This document shows, piece after piece, positions 42,253 through 55,155 of a stretch of 64,000 nt of DNA. The translations under genes and the position numbers were made by a program. Source of the DNA: Eledone cirrhosa (Eukaryota); contig CAXHJY010001499.1 in NCBI GenBank assembly GCA_964016885.1, positions 1-64,000 of the forward strand, given 5' to 3'. A model generated the notes under the pieces. That model made no database searches, was not told where the DNA came from, and was given only the letters and a program-made list of their open reading frames with translations. Within the stretch, counting starts at the first letter, position 1, and every line of letters starts with the position of its first letter.

Positions 42253-43881
42253 CAGATAGATAGATAGACATTAGGTATTAATTTAACAATGAAAATAATA
42301 ACAACAAAGTCGCGTTATTTGACCTATTCATATCAATTTTTTACCATCGTTTCGGAGTGTTGATCATGTTCACATATTGTCTGATCTATAGCAGTTATAT
42401 AACTGTTTACTATCAGATTTCATATATAGGTTCGATCAGACCGAAGAAGACGGTCTGATCGAACCTATATATTAGATATAATAGTATACAGTTATTTTAT
42501 TAGAAAGGCAATGCCTTAATGAAAATATATCATTCATGAAAGAAGTTGTCAGATGTCTCTGTTTTTATTTGCTGTTTTAGTGCTATAAATATGTTTATGA
42601 AGATATCGATATAAACGGCGGACTCGCGAGATTTTTAAATAATGTAAATCGTTTATTTAGCGGTCTTTCTTAAACTTAGGCTGCATGTTATACGCCTATG
42701 TGTATTACATGCGGGAAATACAATATATATATCTACATACATATATACATATATATATATGACAACTGTTGGACATAATATGCTGAGTGTAAATTTAGAC
42801 ATTGCTTGTGAATAAAATAAGTGGGATCGGTCAAGATTGGTTATAACGCAATCGATTTTTATTCATTATACTCTCCTTAATTCTTTAAAATCATTCTTTG
42901 AAATATAAGAATACGATATATTAATAAATTATACTCTCAGATAAATATTAACATTCATTAAACTTAAGGCAAAATCTCTTTTTACGGGATGTAAGTCACC
43001 TCCCGTTGAAGGACCTTAAATTCTTCCTATATTGGTTATTCCAACCTCTTGGAATTCCTGATGTTTTATCTTGAGTTTCAGAAACATTGGTCGGGGTATT
43101 ATATAAGATAAAGCCGACGTTTTTAGCCGATTTAGCTAATATCTTCCCTAAAACCAAGACAACGGATATTACAGAAATACCTTCCATCGTTTTCCGACAT
43201 ATCACATGCATTAATTAAGCCAGAATCATTAAGACACCAACCAAAAAGAAATCACAGTTAATAGTGAGAAAAAAGATTTCCTTTGAGTAGAGAATTTGCT
43301 TCTCCGGACCCGGAATAATGCATTAGTTTCTGTTCCCTAATCTGAGGGTGAACGGTCCATATTACACATATTTTACGAGAGTTGCACATCAAATTATTCG
43401 AATAATTTTAAATGAAAATTCACATCAAGATCTATGTATACAAAACGTTGTAGGGATATTTGCATTTCTCCATCTTCAGAGAAACGTTTAAATTGAAGCA
43501 GAATATATCCGAAATTCAATTCCCACCTTACACAGGATGGGGAACATCTCATATCTACCCATTGGCATAGCGAATGACTAAAGATTAATATAAAAAAGAA
43601 CTGTTATTTATTTCGTTACGTTACCAACGCTAGTTTCACAAGTGTTTACAAAAAATACAAGAAAACACAAAAAAAAAATTCAAAATTAATTTTACTAATG
43701 CATCCAAACCGGTAATACTTTATATACTTTATATACATTATAAAACACTTTTTTAAAAGAATTGTCCCTCGCATTCTTTCAATAATGCCACTTTGACGAA
43801 TCAAGGAAAGGAAAAAAGAAGGAAAAAAAGACCCTTAAATATATTTTCAGTGCTATTTCCAATCTCTCTCTCTCTCTCTCT

Positions 43882-43921
<40 letters not shown>

Positions 43922-44090
43922 TATAAAGTATGTCCATAGAATCATTAGATAATATATATAATATATATACACCATTTCCTCTCCCAATTAGCATAATCAA
44001 CCACACAAAAAATCAATTAAACCAGGCTATAAGATTAAAAGGCACCTATGAAGAAAACTTCTCTCGTTTTATATATATATATATATATAT

Positions 44091-44717
44091 AAAACGAGAG
44101 AAGTGTGGTAAGGAACCCGCCGGGGTCTTGAACATTTCGCTATATATATATACTACAATATATAGAAAGGGTAACACACTAGAGAGAGAGAGAGCATGTG
44201 TCATCAATAAAACAGGGTAATCACCACAAGTTACAGAGAATGGCTCCGTTAATTTATCTTGATATCTCGCTCCTTATAACAGTCTTTCCTCTCTCTCTGT
44301 TTGGTTGAGCACATCTCTTTGAGTGGTTTGGGCTGCCATTTCTAGCAGCTTGTCCCTCAGATACCACTGGTTCACTGTCCTATGCACGCTGTCACATCTC
44401 TCTGCCGCGTGTTGCAGGACGGTTATCTTATATTTTCTTAGAATTGTCTGGAATGTATTTGTCTTACACAAGCTGATGAATCATAGCCGCTTCCATTTCA
44501 GTCAATAATTTCTTGGCGAAACAGATCTCTTTGGATTTGTACGTGTGTGTTATATAGTTATAGAGGTGCGTATGCGTATTTTAATTTATATTTTTAATTA
44601 TTGTGTATCTACCCTGCCTTCCATACGTTATAGACTCCATACACTGGTGGTTTCCCTGTTTTATTGATGGCACACGCTTTCTCTCTCTCTAGTGTGTTAC
44701 ACTTTCTACATATTGTA
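44091..44717. mobile_element. PLE-derived element with inverted arms and an internal degenerate hammerhead (44469-44533, +)
   Basis: Inverted repeat 44154-44227 / 44645-44717; caag-CTGATGA...ggc-GAAA-cagatc-TC-tttg. The left tail starts like 6727 and 47307 (gtggtaaggaacc). Confidence 0.65.
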
Positions 44718-44921
44718 TATATATATATATATATACATATATATTTATATCAAATTAAAAAATGGAGTTAAAGACTCACATTTGCATGCGAACATATATG
44801 CATACATGCATTTACACACACATCGAAAGATATATACCCATACAACGTTATGTTGAGATTACTAAGTTATATTTATTTATATTATGGTTTTGTGGTTTAA
44901 TTTGATGTTTCGTATTATTAT

Positions 44922-45102
44922 TTGGCAGTATCGGTAGTGGGTCTGACACCATGCTTTGACGCATAGAGTTACGGCCCATGCCATTCTGAGTTCAATCCCG
45001 CCGAGGTTAACTTTGCCTTTCATCCTTACGGGGTCGATAAAATAAAGTACCAGTAAAGCACTGGAATAATTGCTGGCCTTGTGCCAAAAGTAGAAACAAT
45101 TA
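44922..45102 (+). mobile_element. Octopus-type SINE (short-deletion subfamily)
   Basis: Closely matches 13604-13768 and 31362-31500. Confidence 0.85.
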
Positions 45103-45555
45103 TTTATTTGTATGCGAGAATTAGAGTTAGGAGTAGTTAGTAAGCTTAATTGTGCTATATATTTAATTTAGAGGATTGAGAATAGGGTTTTAAATTTATT
45201 CGTTCAGAGATTATTACTGAGATTTCTATTGTGTTTAAATATATTAAGATTATTATGAAAGAAACACATCGAATCATCATTTGGGTTATATATATATATA
45301 TATATATATAAGGCGCGAAATTTATTAAAATTATTCACCAACCAACCAAATTACTTCTCTACAAACCTGGCATTTCGAGCCACTTTTTTCCATATAAAAC
45401 AGAAGTAACTTTCAAAGACCAACCAGATGTGAGAAAAACCACAGACACTCCATTTCAATTCTACCTTTGAATGCAGAAGAACAGCGAAACTGGTAAAGGA
45501 ACCAAATAAATATATATTTTAAAAAAAAAGACTCCAGTTGCATCAATTTTTTATC

Positions 45556-45595
45556 TACTTTTGAAAAGCACTAGAACTGCGAAACCGGTAAAGTA
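45556..45595 (+). ncRNA. Minimal hammerhead with compensatory U3:A8 core
   Basis: tactt-TTGAAAA-gca(ctagaac)tgc-GAAA-ccgg-TA-aagta. A decayed tandem copy lies ~95 nt upstream (45462-45500) and another at 54878-54917. Confidence 0.72.
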
Positions 45596-45874
45596 ACCAA
45601 ATAAAAAATATTCTTAAAAAGATTCCAGTTGCATTTTCGATTTCATCTTTTTTTAATTATATATATATATATACAAAAAACTGGGGAGATAAACTGACTG
45701 TATTGCAAAATTAACTATATATATATTCATATATATATCGCTATTTCAGAGCACCAATTCTAATTTTCAATTTCTGCTGGACCGGCGATCGCTCTGTATA
45801 ATCAGTTCCTGATTATTACTGGAATTCTATAAGAATCCAACACACATACTTTTCAGCAAACAGGAGGAGTAGTT

Positions 45875-45919
45875 AGCTTTGATAAGTACCAAAAAGTACG
45901 AAAGAGAGCTCTGTCAGTT
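45875..45919 (+). ncRNA. Hammerhead with compensatory U3:A8 core (second family)
   Basis: agct-TTGATAA-gtac(caaaaa)gtac-GAAA-gagagctctg-TC-agtt, with a near-palindromic helix III. Confidence 0.72.
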
Positions 45920-46067
45920 TATCTCCCATGTTTACTGAAAATTTAAATAAGTGACATTGTCACTATTTTAAAACAATAGCGTATTGTCTTCAAAATGCTT
46001 TTAATTAAGTATACAGTGTATTGCAAAATACACTATATCGGGAATCCCCCCCCCCCCCACCACCACC

Positions 46068-46130
<63 letters not shown>

Positions 46131-47274
46131 TATTTATATATTATTTTCTATGATCGTTTGAAGATGAAAGAAATGAACGTCTGGTACTATTTAGAAAGCC
46201 ACATGTCAACTGGTAACCGGAATAGGGAACAAGAAGTGTCGATTTTTTAACAAAAATAACTATAAACCAATAAATATATTTTTAAAAAAACAGGACAAAA
46301 GAAGTAAAAGTGGGGAAAATATATAAACTAGATAGAAAGGGGAAGGAATGTGAAATTCTCAACCCTTGGCTGAATGGTGCATCTCAGCTGCACCTCGTGA
46401 TCCGAATGACGAAATCAATGCCGCGGAGAACAGTCGGTGATAGTTACTGCATTAATCCTTCCACCTCACTTGTCTCTTTTATCTCCTTCGGGTTTAGAGG
46501 AGGAAAACGGTTGGCCATGAATCCTTCAGGTCAATTGTGTGTTGAGCTGTCGTGCCTCGGTTTGTGACTGAAGTGATGAAATTGTTTCCGGGGAACTTGT
46601 GCAACGCGTAGCATCCCAGGTAAGTGATTTATCATCCTACGAACGGGAAAAAGAGTCACCCCATCTGAGCATCTCTCATCACCACGATCAAGACCGTAAT
46701 GCACCATAAATGATATATTATTTAAGACGCCCACATTTGAAGTTTATTTGACTGCTACTATTAGGAAATCGAACTGCGTTTCCTCTCCTTCGCTAAAACG
46801 TGGCTAACTCATTTCTACGATCATAGCTTGTAGTTCCCTCGCTATTTCGCTCGTGCCTCACTCGCTTCTTAGCTCTTGGCTCATTATTCCCACGTGGCGA
46901 TGTAATTTTTCTGTATTTACCATAGACGGGTAATGTTATTACAAGCTTATCTTATGATGTATCAACCAACTGTTATTGTAATTTAGCCTAATTAATATGC
47001 CCTATGATGTGGTATTTAATTTACTTGTACAGAAATTAGCGGAATACACCCCTCCAGATGTTTTATACAGGATATTGACAGATATATAAATAAGGTGAAT
47101 GAAAAAGCATGTGTGGGTTTTAAACGAATCCGAATATAATGAAAGCTTACTAAGTCGTTATTTTTTCTATACGAGATATAACATTAAAATTATTTCAGAA
47201 TAGATAATAAATAATTTTTAATATTTACTTTGGCATCTGGTAAACAACTGGAATTATACTCAATTTATTCAGCT

Positions 47275-47306
<32 letters not shown>

Positions 47307-47307
<1 letters not shown>

Positions 47308-47499
47308 CGAAGTCGTTGTGGTAAGGAACCATATGGACTATAACGCACCAGAGTACTCAATACTTTGGGTAGTAGAGAGAGCGGGTAATAGGAAAATGTA
47401 TGATACCGACGGCAGAGCTCAACCCGTTTCGACGGCTATTTCTGGAACAGAAATAGCCGTCGAAACGGCTTGAGCTCTGCCGTCGGGGTCATACATTTT

Positions 47500-47504
<5 letters not shown>
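47307..47504 (-). mobile_element. Mini PLE fold-back centred on a hammerhead helix II
   Basis: 57-bp arms 47388-47444 / 47448-47504 with a 3-nt loop. The apex hairpin is directly followed by GAAA-N4-TT, the tail has gagtactc at 47351, and (TA)n flanks both sides. Confidence 0.8.
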
Positions 47505-47544
<40 letters not shown>

Positions 47545-48323
47545 GTGCATACATACATAGATATATGACTACGTACATACATACACGTGTATATTACACA
47601 CACAGACGGCATTCGGTGTCTCGGGAATTATCCTCAGAACCTAACTAATAATTGTTGATGGAAACCATCACATATTCACGTGATCGGAAATATCTTCCGT
47701 GGTTTTTATAGCTTTTTTCGTGGGAATATATATTTTTTCACGCTTGTTAACGCAAAATTATTAACAACAATATACCGTATTTGCCGGCCTATAATTTACG
47801 TTCTATTTTGACATTTATGGGCATCTTTATGGACCACGTCCAATATTCGCGTTTGTTCACACGCCGCAGTTCCTCTAGTAACGTAACTCCCGCGAATACC
47901 GGGGGCCAAGTGTATATATATATATAGATAGATAGATAGTTATAGATATATATATATATTCGGTCATCAATTATAAAATCTGTAGGAAAACACTGTTGAC
48001 CATATGACTGACTACAAATTTTATACTAGACGACCCAATATATATGTATATATATATATGAAGTATCATCGCCCCTACGCAAATAATTATATAAATATTC
48101 GATCACGGTGTGTATCAATTGTAAAAACTCGTGTAAATTACCACAGGCTATGGTTTAAGGAACTCATGAGACAGTCAATAAATGCCAGACTACTGAGATC
48201 GTCATAGTAATTAACCATACTATCGACAGTCGATCGACTTTCGTCAAATCGGACCGAGGAAAGAATGTTTCCGTTGGTTTTCCAATTGCTAATACTATCT
48301 ATCGTTCGCAACTCCATGTAGAA

Positions 48324-48440
48324 GGAGCAACGTGAAATAAAAGGTCTTGCTCAAGGACATAACGCATCACCCGATCCAGGAATCGAACTCATAACCTCAC
48401 GATTGCGAATCCAATTCCCTAACCACTCACATACGCGCCT
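48324..48440 (-). mobile_element. Second tRNA-derived SINE family (also 54465-54766 and ~23880-24000, minus)
   Basis: The minus strand shows a tRNA-like head (gtggttaggg...gagttcgattcc) followed by gtccttgagcaagac.ttt.atttcac. Confidence 0.75.
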
Positions 48441-50589
48441 TTACTATAGCATTACTACTTACTATTATTTTTTTATTTTTATTTTAATCTTTTCGGAATT
48501 AAGAAACGCCATGTGACCCAAAACCTTCTTCCTGGTCCGCAGATTTTGAAAATTAAATCCATTCTTTCTAAGACGCGTGCTTTTGCAGCCTTTTGTTGAC
48601 TTACAGACAAGCATACAAACACACACACACTTTCAAATATATAATATAATATAATGCAATATAATATAATATTTTATAATATGATATTATATAATATAAG
48701 TGAGTGCACGTGTGTTTGTGCGTGTATAGACGGCATGGCTGTTTAATTTACAAAGTTCATTTTGGAACCACATGGTTCACGATTCGATCCCGTGGCATAT
48801 TGGACAAGTTAGTTCTAGTATAGTCTCCAGTTGATCAATTTATTAGGAGTGGAATTTGTGTTTTAAATTATCTAAACCTTATTAGAGGTTTAGATTTAGA
48901 GAAACGCTCTGCTGTTTACAGTAAACCAAAGAGGAAATAATTATCCATTGCTACAGCTGTCTCTCCTCTTTAAAACAGAGATCATATTATCTGTGTTTCA
49001 TGAGCTTGGTAAATTACTAATTCACCCGTAAACCTTTTCATAATTTATTGAAATTGTCTTCCCCTCCCATTCAGATTTGCCGCTAGTTATTTTCATTATC
49101 TTTTTACTATTTTTTTTTCCTTCTCTCACCATAAGATAAATTTGAATAAATTATTAATTCATCATGTGGTGTATTCAAAACAACGCCCCTTGAATTTGAT
49201 ATCCAAAGTTATGCCACTGGCGTTTTTAAGTTATTTTCTCCAAGCACTTATAATTTCAGTTATACTATATAATATTGGCAACGTACGTACTAATTTTTTT
49301 TTTTTTTGTCAAATTCTCAAAAGCTAAACAAGTTCCACCCATATGCCATCACATCTACTTTTTAGATATAGTATATCTGGGATTTCATATCCAGTGTGTG
49401 TGTGTCCTCAATGTTTCACGGCAATATCTAGTGAATTGGGAAACATTGTATTATACATCTACGATTTTCAGCAGTGAAGTAGAAATAATAAATTTGCTCG
49501 ATATTTCATTAGTAAATTGATATAGCCAACGAGGAAAATGTTAAAGTTTCTGAATTTATTATGACGGTAATTACTAACAATATCCTTTTGATTTTGAAAT
49601 CCAAATTATTCCACTGGCCATTCTGAGATATTTTCTCGAAGTATATTTTAAATTTAAATTATGCTAATTACACTTGGTCAAGAAGGAACTAAATTGTTTC
49701 AATTGAATTGTTTAAATCTCACCAAAGAAGAATTAGAAAGATGATATGCTGATGAAGCCAAATCTAGCCCGAAACTTCTGTCTGCAGCAGCCGTTCACCT
49801 CAAAACGGTTGATCGCAATGTTTCTACTCTCTATATTTTGCATGTGAGATTATACGGCATATATATTCATCATACTGAATGCTCCTCTGGGTATTCATCA
49901 TCTATGCAACATTGCCGTATATAATCAGCTTAAATTACTAGTGTTTCGACAACTAGAAGAAGAAAAAGAAGAAGAAGAAGAAGAAATCAAGCAAACCACC
50001 AACTAACGAATAAGTGACGAAGAACAATGAGGAAAAAGAAATACAACTTTAAAAGCAACTGCAACGACACAACAGCAGCAACAGCAACACGAGAGAAAAT
50101 GAGAACAGACAGGAAGAACAGTAAAACAAAGAAGTAGACGAAGAAGAAAAACGAAGAAAACTAAGAATTAAATGGATGTGAGTAGTTCATACGAAGCGGT
50201 CGGTTTAAGACAATTAGCAGTTTGTTCGCTTGTAGTTGTTTTCTCGTCAGAAACACATCTTAGATGCGGAGACTGGAGGGGTTGTTTAGAAATGGATGTC
50301 AAATGTTTTGAGGCAACCTTGTTTCTTGAGAAGAGAGAACGAAAACCAATCCGAGAAAATTGTTTTTCATGCAAGATGGAGTTCATTACATCTAGCATTT
50401 ATCGCCTTCATGCTTCGTTCGACAATAATTTCACGGAGCGATTGTCTTTTCCCAGTTGATGATGAATCATTACACCATTGATAATGAATATTCTTTAATT
50501 TGGAAGAGAGAGAAAATAGCCACACTTCTTCAGTTCCCTTATTTCATCTAATTTTTCTACTTTAGTGTCATTATTGTTATTATTATTGC

Positions 50590-50640
<51 letters not shown>

Positions 50641-50831
50641 CACCATTATCATCATCATCATCCTCGTCGTTAAAAATTATTGCTGATTTTCTTCTATTTA
50701 TTTTTTTTATTCTATACATATATATATACAGACACACATACACACACAGACACACACAGACACACACACATACACACACACACACAGGCACATACACACA
50801 CACACATAAACACACATATATATGTATATAT

Positions 50832-51060
50832 AATAGTAGAACACTGGTGGGTTATATCCGTAGTAGTAGAGCACTCAGTCCATGGGACGAGTTTGGTGGA
50901 AATGGTTCCACAACAGTTAGTTCACTATTACCGAGAACAATTGTTTCACCTTTTTCGGATCACCAGCTCGGTTTAAACGAGGCTTAACGGAACAGGAAAA
51001 AACTATTGTACGAATATGTATGTGCAGAAAATGTCACTTCCCAAAGGGGAGGTAAACCCG
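50832..51060 (-). mobile_element. PLE 3' end, same family as 16931-17160, with hammerhead 50930-50972
   Basis: Aligns with 16931-17130. Minus strand: accgag-CTGGTGA-tcc..ggt-GAAA-caattg-TT-ctcggt. Confidence 0.75.
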
Positions 51061-51062
51061 CA

Positions 51063-51325
51063 TTAGATTGGTTTTCGCTTTTGTATCTTTTATATCTCCA
51101 TAGTTAATTTATTTGGCAATCAATGTTTATCATTGATTATTCAGCGGATACAAATATATATATATAAATATATATAGATATAGTCTATCACAGATCTTTC
51201 GTCGCGAAACCAACCAAACAGTGAGTGTGTTCTGTTATTATTTCTGGCAATATTATAACAATATGACCCTCCCCAACTATAACAATATTTGTTTCGACAC
51301 ACGATTTCATATAAAAAACCTTGCA
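51063..51325. mobile_element. Rearranged copy of the 37884-38300 family
   Basis: 51063-51201 is the reverse complement of ~38048-38187, and 51205-51325 is colinear with 38186-38300. Confidence 0.75.
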
Positions 51326-51326
51326 A

Positions 51327-51369
<43 letters not shown>

Positions 51370-51932
51370 GTGTGTGTGTGTGTTTGTGCGAACAATAACA
51401 AAGTTTGTTATAGGGTAGTTCCAATGGCTAATATCTTGTTGATTTACAGTTGTTCTTGTTAATCTTCATCAGACTTGACAATGATTTACACAGGCCAAAC
51501 TGGCATATAATATTCAAGTGAACTACTATATATGTCTTCCGTTATTGCAGGTATTTGTTGATGTCAGTGACATTTTTTCCCTTGCTATTTTAATTACCAC
51601 TCTACATGAGCAATGGAAAATTCACTCCATGGTTGTTTTTTCCATGAATCTTCAGCATATCACTATGCTGATTTCATGAGATGTTTGATGCTTCTATCAA
51701 ACTAAAGACGCAGAACACGCAGCATTATATGGAATAAAGGATACGAAAAAAAAAAATAATAGAATACTGAATAACACATCAGAAGCGGATTTTTGTAATG
51801 AATATTATTATTGAAGCCTATCATAAATGTTTGCTTGCTCGTTATTCATACGTTTTTATTTTATTTTATGTGTTTTCTCTTGGTGTGTGTGGGTTTAAAC
51901 ATTTTTTTTAAATCTCGATTGCACCGTCTCAG

Positions 51933-51977
<45 letters not shown>

Positions 51978-51990
51978 CTGTCTGTCTGTC

Positions 51991-52078
<88 letters not shown>

Positions 52079-52602
52079 CGTTCGTGTGTGTGTTCGTGTG
52101 TGTGTATGACAACAATGACCACATTAAATATAAGTGTCTGAAAAATAGATTTTTTTCATATGTATCTTGAAGCGAAAGGGAAATGAAATAAATTTGGTTA
52201 TTATATATATGCAACGGTATCTGAATAAGTTCTGAATGAAAGAAAATATTGAGTATACTTCAAAGAAGGAAGCTAAATATGATATTTTAAAATAAGATCG
52301 TTATATTTTTTCTAGGAAATATCAGATGCTTGCTATGCACGTGTTCTTAAATTTGCTTTAGACATAGCGACTAAAGTTACACGGGTGTAGCTCCCTCTGA
52401 TCTGAATGTTCTATATATAGGCAGCGGTATATTTAGTTTACTTATTACACAAACAAATTAAAGTGAGCTTTCAAGCGAGCAGCACTTAGGACCACCATTA
52501 AATATACATGAGTTCTGCTTTATTCGGTATTTAACAATACACTACTAGATTAATTATTGCCAACTTTCTTTGTCTTTCGCTCTCGCTCTCGTTCTCTCTC
52601 TC

Positions 52603-52638
<36 letters not shown>

Positions 52639-52676
52639 TGTATGTATGTATGTATGTATGTATGTATGTATGCATG

Positions 52677-52716
<40 letters not shown>

Positions 52717-52849
52717 TTTGTATATTCAGTGTGGGCTATAATGAACTTACTGATTACTAGTTCAATTTTTTAGACCTTATTTACACATTAAAAAGAAAAC
52801 ATCACATGACAAAATCAGAATTATTTACATATTATACATTGCTGAAATA

Positions 52850-53830
52850 TAACATTTCACGTTCTCAGGAGAGAAAAAAAAACTCTGTCTTTAGTTAATA
52901 TTTTACCAAGCATTGAAAAAGTACGTTCAACACTAGCTGATACAGGTTGAGACTAGTTGATATAGGTTGAGACCAATGACTGTAGTCCATAGGAGATATT
53001 GACTAGTTTTCCAATTGGCAAAATTCATCCTAGATCGTTTTCCAGAAATCTATATTACAGATATTTTTTTATTTAGCATGGATCTTGGGTAAAATTCAAA
53101 TCAGTGACATGCTTCCTCAAATGAATATTGTGAACTTTCCGATTTTTTAAAAATTAAATCCCTCAGTGGCAAATAGCATCGCCCTATCAGTGTCAACCTC
53201 TCTTCTATTGTTGGCAAATTAACACGTTGTTTTGCTTTTTCCACAATAATTCCTTCACCGTCGATTCTTTTAATTATCTCTGAATGCAGGGTAGATTCTT
53301 GTCAAAATATTTGGCTGTTTTTATACAACTGCCCCATCGAGTGATTATGGGCTCAAGAAGTAATCCGATATCTTTGAAATGGGCTTTTCTATTGCAATCA
53401 CAATTATGAAGGGGATGCGCAATACATGTCACATGAAAACAATTGTGATAAAGGATATTTCTTATTTTACCAAATTTGGTCATATACATGGCAGCATCTA
53501 TTAGTAGTAAGTTGCTTTCTCATGCAACGCTTAGTTAAGGCAGGATATCAACAATAATATGAATCATTACTGTAAAATAAAAATACAGATTGTGGAAAAC
53601 ATTCCTTAATTTTTCCAATATAAAAATAAAGTGAAATAAAACATCCAACTCAGGGAAAGAGGGAAGGACGGACAGATAGGCAAGGCTCTTATTATAATAT
53701 AAAATATTATCGTTTACATTACATTCCTTGTTGATGGGGAGCGACACATCGCCCTTTGTTAAAAGGGCACCATACTAATTAGAACTTGCACCCAAATATT
53801 TGAATTTTATTTCATGTAAAATTTTCTTCG
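52850..53830 (-). mobile_element. Decayed hAT-like transposase fragment
   Basis: ORF 53274-53489 has FHVTCIAHPLHN (CxxH) and EPIITRWGS (TRW) motifs; boundaries are approximate. Confidence 0.6.
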
Positions 53831-53949
53831 AAAAATATGGAAGGAATACAGCCAGCTCTCACGATGAGATGTATGACACAACCCCATCACCCCATTAAGA
53901 AAACTACCATCATTTTAGGCATATATATATATATCAAACAGATAGCCGA

Positions 53950-54363
53950 GGATCAACTGGGAATAGTTACCTCCCACGCTCAACGTTGGCTTCAGTCATG
54001 CACGTTGATGCCTTTCGCTCTTGGTATCGTTTTCCATGCCCTCGCGTCCGTTTTTTTAACCTTTTATGTCACACGAAAATCCGTAAGCGCGAAATGATCT
54101 CCTCTCCGTACACTTACTGTAGTTTTCGGAATACTTCTGATGGAGTTTTCCCCAGCCGGACAAGAAGCTTAACGTTGATTCGTTGTTGTGTACCCATTAC
54201 TCCACAACCTGAAATTAAGGAGATATTAACTAAAGCAAGTGAAAAACTGCAATGGACGCTGAAAGCTGAGATCACAGTTTGTATTTGATGCAACCAGCTA
54301 ATCCGTACATAACTCATAGCTGACACAGTACATTAAATCCTGTTACCTTTCTGAGACACCTTG
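53950..54363 (-). mobile_element. Mariner element 5' fragment (TIR + HTH start)
   Basis: Minus strand TA-caaggtgtctcagaaagg..., then QQRINVKLLVRLGKTPSEVFRKLQ, typical of the mariner transposase N-terminus. Confidence 0.8.
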
Positions 54364-54464
54364 TATATATATATATATATATATATATATAAGTATTATA
54401 GACTGTTACTATTGTCGTTTTCGTTGGGACGCGTACATTTTAAATCAATATATATATATATGTA

Positions 54465-54766
54465 TAAAGTGTAAATGGTAAAGACCCCCTTTAGTCACGA
54501 ATAACTATGGGATTTGAACCTAGAAATCTCTCCGCCGAAGCACACCAGGCCCCCTCTCCACATCACCGATGTTTTCCAAGAGAAAGTCTAAGGCCGATGT
54601 ATCTTGGCACCAGTGACGTCGCAACTCATTTCTACAGCTGAGTAAAATGGAGTAATATGAAATAAAGTGTCTTGCTCAGGTATGCAACGCATCACCCGGT
54701 CTGAGAATCGAACTCACAACCTCACAATTGCAAGTACAACGCTCTAACCATTAAGCTATACGTCTT
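54465..54766 (-). mobile_element. Near full-length copy of the second SINE family
   Basis: tRNA-like head at 54700-54765, body with cagctgtagaaatgagttgcgac, 3' end at ggggtctttaccatttacac. Confidence 0.75.
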
Positions 54767-55068
54767 GACACACACACAAACACACACATGAAAAAGAAAT
54801 CGAATATGCAAGCATATTTATCTATTAACTTTGCCGAGATACACCACAACAGAAACACAAACCGTCCATCTCAATTTTACTTTTGAAAGTCATAAGAACT
54901 GTGAAACCGATAAAGTAGATAAATAAATATTCTTAAAAGACTCCAATTGCATTTTCGATTCCATTCATTATACTTTCACCCGTGTAGGACATCTCACTTT
55001 TTCTTTTGTTTTCAATAAAAAAAAAAAAGGAATAATTTTTTAGATTAAAACTCACTTGTTTTTAGTCA

Positions 55069-55155
<87 letters not shown>

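Noticed and set aside
45462-45650. CRISPR-like repeat-spacer pattern
   Set aside because: Eukaryotic context, only two degenerate units, no unique spacers or cas genes.
49180-49680. Two diverged ~100-bp direct repeats about 400 bp apart (atccaaa.ttat.ccactggc...tattttctc)
   Set aside because: Too degenerate to assign; likely an old local duplication.
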